Below, piece by piece: positions 60,417-64,000 of a stretch of DNA of 64,000 bases. This DNA comes from a virus, in the IMG/VR virus record IMGVR_UViG_3300032046_000006, positions 32,001 through 96,000 of that record; one strand, written 5' to 3'. The translations under genes were made by a program, and so were the position numbers. The notes under the pieces were generated by a model. It ran no database searches and had not been told where the DNA came from. It saw only the letters and a program-made list of their open reading frames with translations. How positions within the stretch are numbered: the first letter of the stretch is position 1; each line of letters opens with the position of its first letter.

Positions 60417-61420
60417 TAATTTATATCTCCCATAAACTGTATTATTTGATTAAGTCTAATTGCACCATTTGTAACAAATGGAGGAAAAATCCCTACTGAA
60501 TTTGCAATAATAATAGAAATTATTCCTATTAATTTGCCTTCTAAAGTATAAATTCCCCCCCCAGAAGCACCAAAATAAGAATGGTCTTGAAAATAACAAT
60601 AAAATCCACCATACTTAATTATTCGCCCTTTACTAATTACATCATCTATTCCCAAAGGATTTCCCACAACATATATTTCCGAACCTTGCGTCGATTCGAT
60701 TTCGGCAAGTTCTGTATATGCTATAGGTATATAATTCGGATTTTCGGGTTTAAAAAGTGCAATATCTCTTTCCTTATCTAACTTAACTAACTTTAATTTA
60801 CAAATAATTTCTCCCTTTTCCTTCAAATATAATAAATCCTTTTCATCTTCCACCAAATGTCCTGCACTTAAAATATAATAATGGTTTTTATATAAAACAA
60901 AACTTCCACTACCTTGCCAGGCTCCTGTATTATTAAATATCATTACATTAATATCTCGAAATTTATTTTCTAATTTTTGAGTATTTTCTTTATCTTTATT
61001 TATTTTTTGTTCAATATTTGAATCTTCTTTTATTTCATCTGTCAATCGTTGTTCTTCTATTTCATTTTTTAAGGAATCTATTTCTATTGATATTTTGTCT
61101 TTTGTTTGTTGCCCTAATTCTTTTTTTAAAGAATCTGTCTTTTCTAATAATTCATTTTTTGATACCTTATCTTCCATAAGTTTTATTATTGTATCTTTTA
61201 ATTCATCATTTTTAATAAGAATAGTTTTAATCTCTTTTTCTATATTCTCAGTATTTGTATTTATATTATTAATAGAATATCCAATAATCGATAACCCTTC
61301 GGATATATAAGAAATTTCTCGTTTAATATTTATTATAGTTACAATATCTAATATCAATATAAAAGTCAAACTACCTATTACAAAAAATTCGACAATCCGA
61401 TTTAAAATCTTTTTTATCAT
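60416..61420 (-). CDS. Membrane-anchored trypsin-like serine protease with coiled-coil stalk
   Basis: N-terminal TM; GSG, SAGHL, DIAL, GNPLG, GASGGG. Confidence 0.88.
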   Translation of the reverse strand: MIKKILNRIVEFFVIGSLTFILILDIVTIINIKREISYISEGLSIIGYSINNINTNTENIEKEIKTILIKNDELKDTIIKLMEDKVSKNELLEKTDSLKKELGQQTKDKISIEIDSLKNEIEEQRLTDEIKEDSNIEQKINKDKENTQKLENKFRDINVMIFNNTGAWQGSGSFVLYKNHYYILSAGHLVEDEKDLLYLKEKGEIICKLKLVKLDKERDIALFKPENPNYIPIAYTELAEIESTQGSEIYVVGNPLGIDDVISKGRIIKYGGFYCYFQDHSYFGASGGGIYTLEGKLIGIISIIIANSVGIFPPFVTNGAIRLNQIIQFMGDIN

Positions 61421-61665
61421 CTTATTTTTCCTTTCCCAAATTCGATATTGGTTCGGGGATTTTCTTTTTTGAGTTCTCCCAAAGTAAATTGCAATAAACA
61501 TTTATAATTACAAAAATGATATTCTTCCGAACCATCCAAATTACTTCCATATCCAAAAGAAAGAGTAATTGGAACACCTAAAAATAAATTGGCTCCACAT
61601 GTATCGCATAAATATTTCTCAAAAGAACCGCCACATTCTTTACATTTATTTTCTTTTTTCATCAT
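61417..61665 (-). CDS. Small Zn-finger protein
   Basis: CKEC, CDTC, FC..C. Confidence 0.5.
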   Translation of the reverse strand: MMKKENKCKECGGSFEKYLCDTCGANLFLGVPITLSFGYGSNLDGSEEYHFCNYKCLLQFTLGELKKENPRTNIEFGKGKIR

Positions 61666-61831
61666 ATGGTTCCTTCCTTTAATGTTGTTTTTATAATCTT
61701 TTTATCATTATAGCCATAATGAATTAATTCATTTCTATAAAAAAGTGCTTCTTCAATATCTGAAAAAGATTTGGCATAATATACTCTTGTGTTTCTTTGT
61801 GATTCAGTTTTAAAGAATAAGACATAGTGCA

Positions 61832-62572
61832 TTATTTTATCTCCTTAAAATTTTTGAGAATTGAGTTGATAATAGCAATTCCTCCTTGAACCATTTTTTG
61901 ACCTTCCATTTTTTTAGGTAATTCGAGAGTAAGAGAATATTTTACTCCCAATTTTTCAAGAAATCCTTCCAAACCAATGTCGTATTTTGGCGGAATAATT
62001 ACTCCATTTTCTAAAGGCGTTTTATAAATTGTTTTTGCTTTAAGATAAGAAATAATGGCATCATTCTCCAATAATGCTTTTTGTGCTATTGAGGGTAAAT
62101 TTTCTGCTTTATGTTCGTAACAATAACATTCTGATTTATCAACATCACCGTGAATATCCAAAATTAAATCGGCTGTGCGGGGAAATTCTTCAAATAAAAT
62201 AGCCAATTCTGGAACTTTAGAATCTTTCATAAAATGAGTATCGTTATTTGTTTCTTGTCTATTACCGTTGTTTCTATAATTTTTTTCATAACCATAAGGA
62301 TTACAAATTGGAAATATAAAATAATTAAAGTCGGGAAATAAAATCGGTTGTTTCAACCAATGAAGTAAGACATTAATAGAATAAAATTCTTCTCCATGAT
62401 GCCCTGAAGTTAAAATTACTGTCTTTTGAGCCATTTTAGAAATCAATTTTAATGCTAACATTGGGTAAATTTTGTTGGCATAAGTAACATAACCAATAAT
62501 TTCTATACGATAAGGAAGATTAAGATTAATCAACTCAGTAACTAATTTATTATACGACCTTACTGTTTTCAT
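61832..62572 (-). CDS. M14 metallocarboxypeptidase (AstE/AspA-like)
   Basis: GHHGEE, NPYG...R.N, LDIH, TLE. Confidence 0.85.
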   Translation of the reverse strand: MKTVRSYNKLVTELINLNLPYRIEIIGYVTYANKIYPMLALKLISKMAQKTVILTSGHHGEEFYSINVLLHWLKQPILFPDFNYFIFPICNPYGYEKNYRNNGNRQETNNDTHFMKDSKVPELAILFEEFPRTADLILDIHGDVDKSECYCYEHKAENLPSIAQKALLENDAIISYLKAKTIYKTPLENGVIIPPKYDIGLEGFLEKLGVKYSLTLELPKKMEGQKMVQGGIAIINSILKNFKEIK

Positions 62573-63264
62573 TAATTCCTCTCAAGTGAGTCTCTTACAA
62601 AAGTCAAGACAAAATAAATAGCTTCTTTAATTTCTCTATAAGTAACACTGCCAGAAAATAACCTAAATTCAATTGTCTGGTAATCGTTCTTGGGTAGATG
62701 ATTTACATTTAAACTATAATATTTTTCGTCTATGTAACCATATGTTCTGAAAGAATAATTACTTGAATTTCTAAACTTATGTATGGCTTCTTCCGTTAAT
62801 TCTTTTACTTCATCTTTAGGTAAAAGTTTGCATGTATCTTCAAGTCTAAATTTATCTATTTCAAATCTCTTAACTATATAATCTTGTCGATGTACCCATT
62901 CGTTTATTATTTTGAGTATTTCAGAGTCTTTAAATTTTTTTGCGTCTAAATGAATATGTAATCCACATGTCTTTTTTCTAATAAATCCCCTATGAACTCT
63001 CACTATCGCCAATACTTCCGCTATCTGCATAAGAGATTCCTCATTCCAATAAAGATGATTTGAATTCTCTGGAGAAAGTTCAATTCCGTTGTCTAATGTC
63101 ATATCCGACTTGATCTCCCAGCCTTTTAAGGTTTTACCCCTATCAATAAGTTTTTGAGCATCTTCTTTTTTAGGCAATTCAATTTCGAGTTCTGGTGCGA
63201 ATCTAATGGATTCTATTTTTATTAATTTGATGTTATCTTTTTTAATTTTCTTTTTTCTTTTCAT
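62572..63264 (-). CDS. Putative amidoligase (Amidoligase_2, COOH-NH2 ligase fold)
   Basis: ELEIE, D.TL..GIELS, CGLHIH, KY.SLN, TIEFR. Confidence 0.85.
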   Translation of the reverse strand: MKRKKKIKKDNIKLIKIESIRFAPELEIELPKKEDAQKLIDRGKTLKGWEIKSDMTLDNGIELSPENSNHLYWNEESLMQIAEVLAIVRVHRGFIRKKTCGLHIHLDAKKFKDSEILKIINEWVHRQDYIVKRFEIDKFRLEDTCKLLPKDEVKELTEEAIHKFRNSSNYSFRTYGYIDEKYYSLNVNHLPKNDYQTIEFRLFSGSVTYREIKEAIYFVLTFVRDSLERN

Positions 63265-63265
63265 T

Positions 63266-63517
63266 TTATTTAATAAGATGTAACATCATAGCCAGCCAAT
63301 TCCCAATCCCGCACGACCCAGCGTATACCAATAACATTTTTACGGAATCTGATTTATCCTTGGCTATTTTATTTATTATTCCCAAATAAATTATCATGTA
63401 ACTGAACATCAAAATACTTGATAGTCCAATAAGATAACGAGTAAGAGATAAAAGATAAAAAGTATAAAGAGTTTGCTCTCCCAATCCAATAAAGAATATT
63501 AGTATAAGTTTTTTCAT
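63266..63517 (-). CDS. Small 3-TM membrane protein
   Basis: Hydrophobic; YAG..GIG motif. Confidence 0.55.
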   Translation of the reverse strand: MKKLILIFFIGLGEQTLYTFYLLSLTRYLIGLSSILMFSYMIIYLGIINKIAKDKSDSVKMLLVYAGSCGIGNWLAMMLHLIK

Positions 63518-63795
63518 TTTATTTCTGATTTTATCTTCTGTGATAAGTTAATCAGGTCGTGGTCAATTTCGTGCAATTCTCGTAAGTCTTTTTCTATTTT
63601 TTCTACGGTATAATCCCCTACTTTATGTCTGCAAAGAATACAAGATAATTCATCAATTGATGATTCTATTTCCATGACTATTTCACCCAATCTTTTTGCG
63701 TCGTTGTATAATATATCTTTTTGATAAGGGGAAGTATAATTTATATTCAATTTTTGGCAAATATCAATTATTGCACGAGATATGCTCTTGTCCAT
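63514..63795 (-). CDS. Hypothetical protein
   Basis: ORF with GGAG SD. Confidence 0.5.
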   Translation of the reverse strand: MDKSISRAIIDICQKLNINYTSPYQKDILYNDAKRLGEIVMEIESSIDELSCILCRHKVGDYTVEKIEKDLRELHEIDHDLINLSQKIKSEIK

Positions 63796-64000
63796 TAATT
63801 TATATCTCCATTAGTTTCTCTGGCTTCATCTTCTCTTTTATCTAAATATCTACGTCTAAATTCATCTGCACAATGTTGAATGGCATAAACACATTCATGT
63901 AAAGTAGAGTAACGAAACTCTCTGGTAGACATAAATTTCTTCATAAGAACAAACACCAAATACTCCAAATCTCCTTTAGTTTCTATTTTTTCTAAATCAT

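Larger units (their letters stand above)
1..64000. mobile_element. Tailed dsDNA phage genome segment (siphovirus-like) with convergent structural (+) and replication/accessory (-) arms
   Basis: Head-to-tail gene order on +, phage replication genes on -, abutting genes, no host housekeeping operons or integrase seen. Confidence 0.95.

Noticed and set aside
12-61310. Short ORFs antisense to the main genes in the ORF track
   Set aside because: They shadow well-supported genes, lack SD sites and motifs, and oppose the strand organisation
1-64000. Stop-codon reassignment (codes 4/15/25)
   Set aside because: Long genes are intact in code 11 and TGA/TAG end many genes. The MTase break also needs a frame change, so readthrough would not fix it.
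1-64000. tRNA genes, CRISPR array, DGR, integrase, terminase, endolysin
   Set aside because: No T-loop/cloverleaf, spaced repeats, reverse transcriptase or matching motifs seen by eye; terminase and lysin probably lie outside the window

Overview
The window is a gene-dense, AT-rich (roughly 25-30% GC by eye) segment of a tailed dsDNA phage genome, most likely a siphovirus since no sheath gene is seen. It uses the standard bacterial code with strong AGGAG/GAGG Shine-Dalgarno sites. Positions 1-20068 (+) are the virion module: portal C-terminus, protease/scaffold, major capsid, head-tail joining genes, tail tube, chaperones, tape measure and tail-tip genes, with two HNH genes inserted. Positions 20069-64000 (-) form a convergent arm. 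It holds a ~9 kb glycosylation cluster, a proteolysis/protein-maturation block (ClpP, HslV-like, M50, deformylase) around a BT1 folate/biopterin-type transporter, three DNA methyltransferases, and SbcCD, RuvC, intein-containing PolB, RecA, primase-helicase, SSB, 5' exonuclease and a UvsY-like protein. It also holds ribosomal protein bS21, a dATP/dGTP diphosphohydrolase, an RNA ligase, and an amidoligase/M14 peptidase pair. The most notable signals not visible in the ORF track are: (1) a methyltransferase broken right after its catalytic DPPY by TAT-TGA-C; (2) a 188-bp GC-rich insert with its own SD and mini-gene inside an HNH gene; (3) a recurring hairpin-CCAAAA-ATG element; (4) structured RNAs on both sides of the tail tube gene, one shaped like an attenuator; (5) strong GATC avoidance. 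All functional calls come from motif recognition and gene order; no searches were run.
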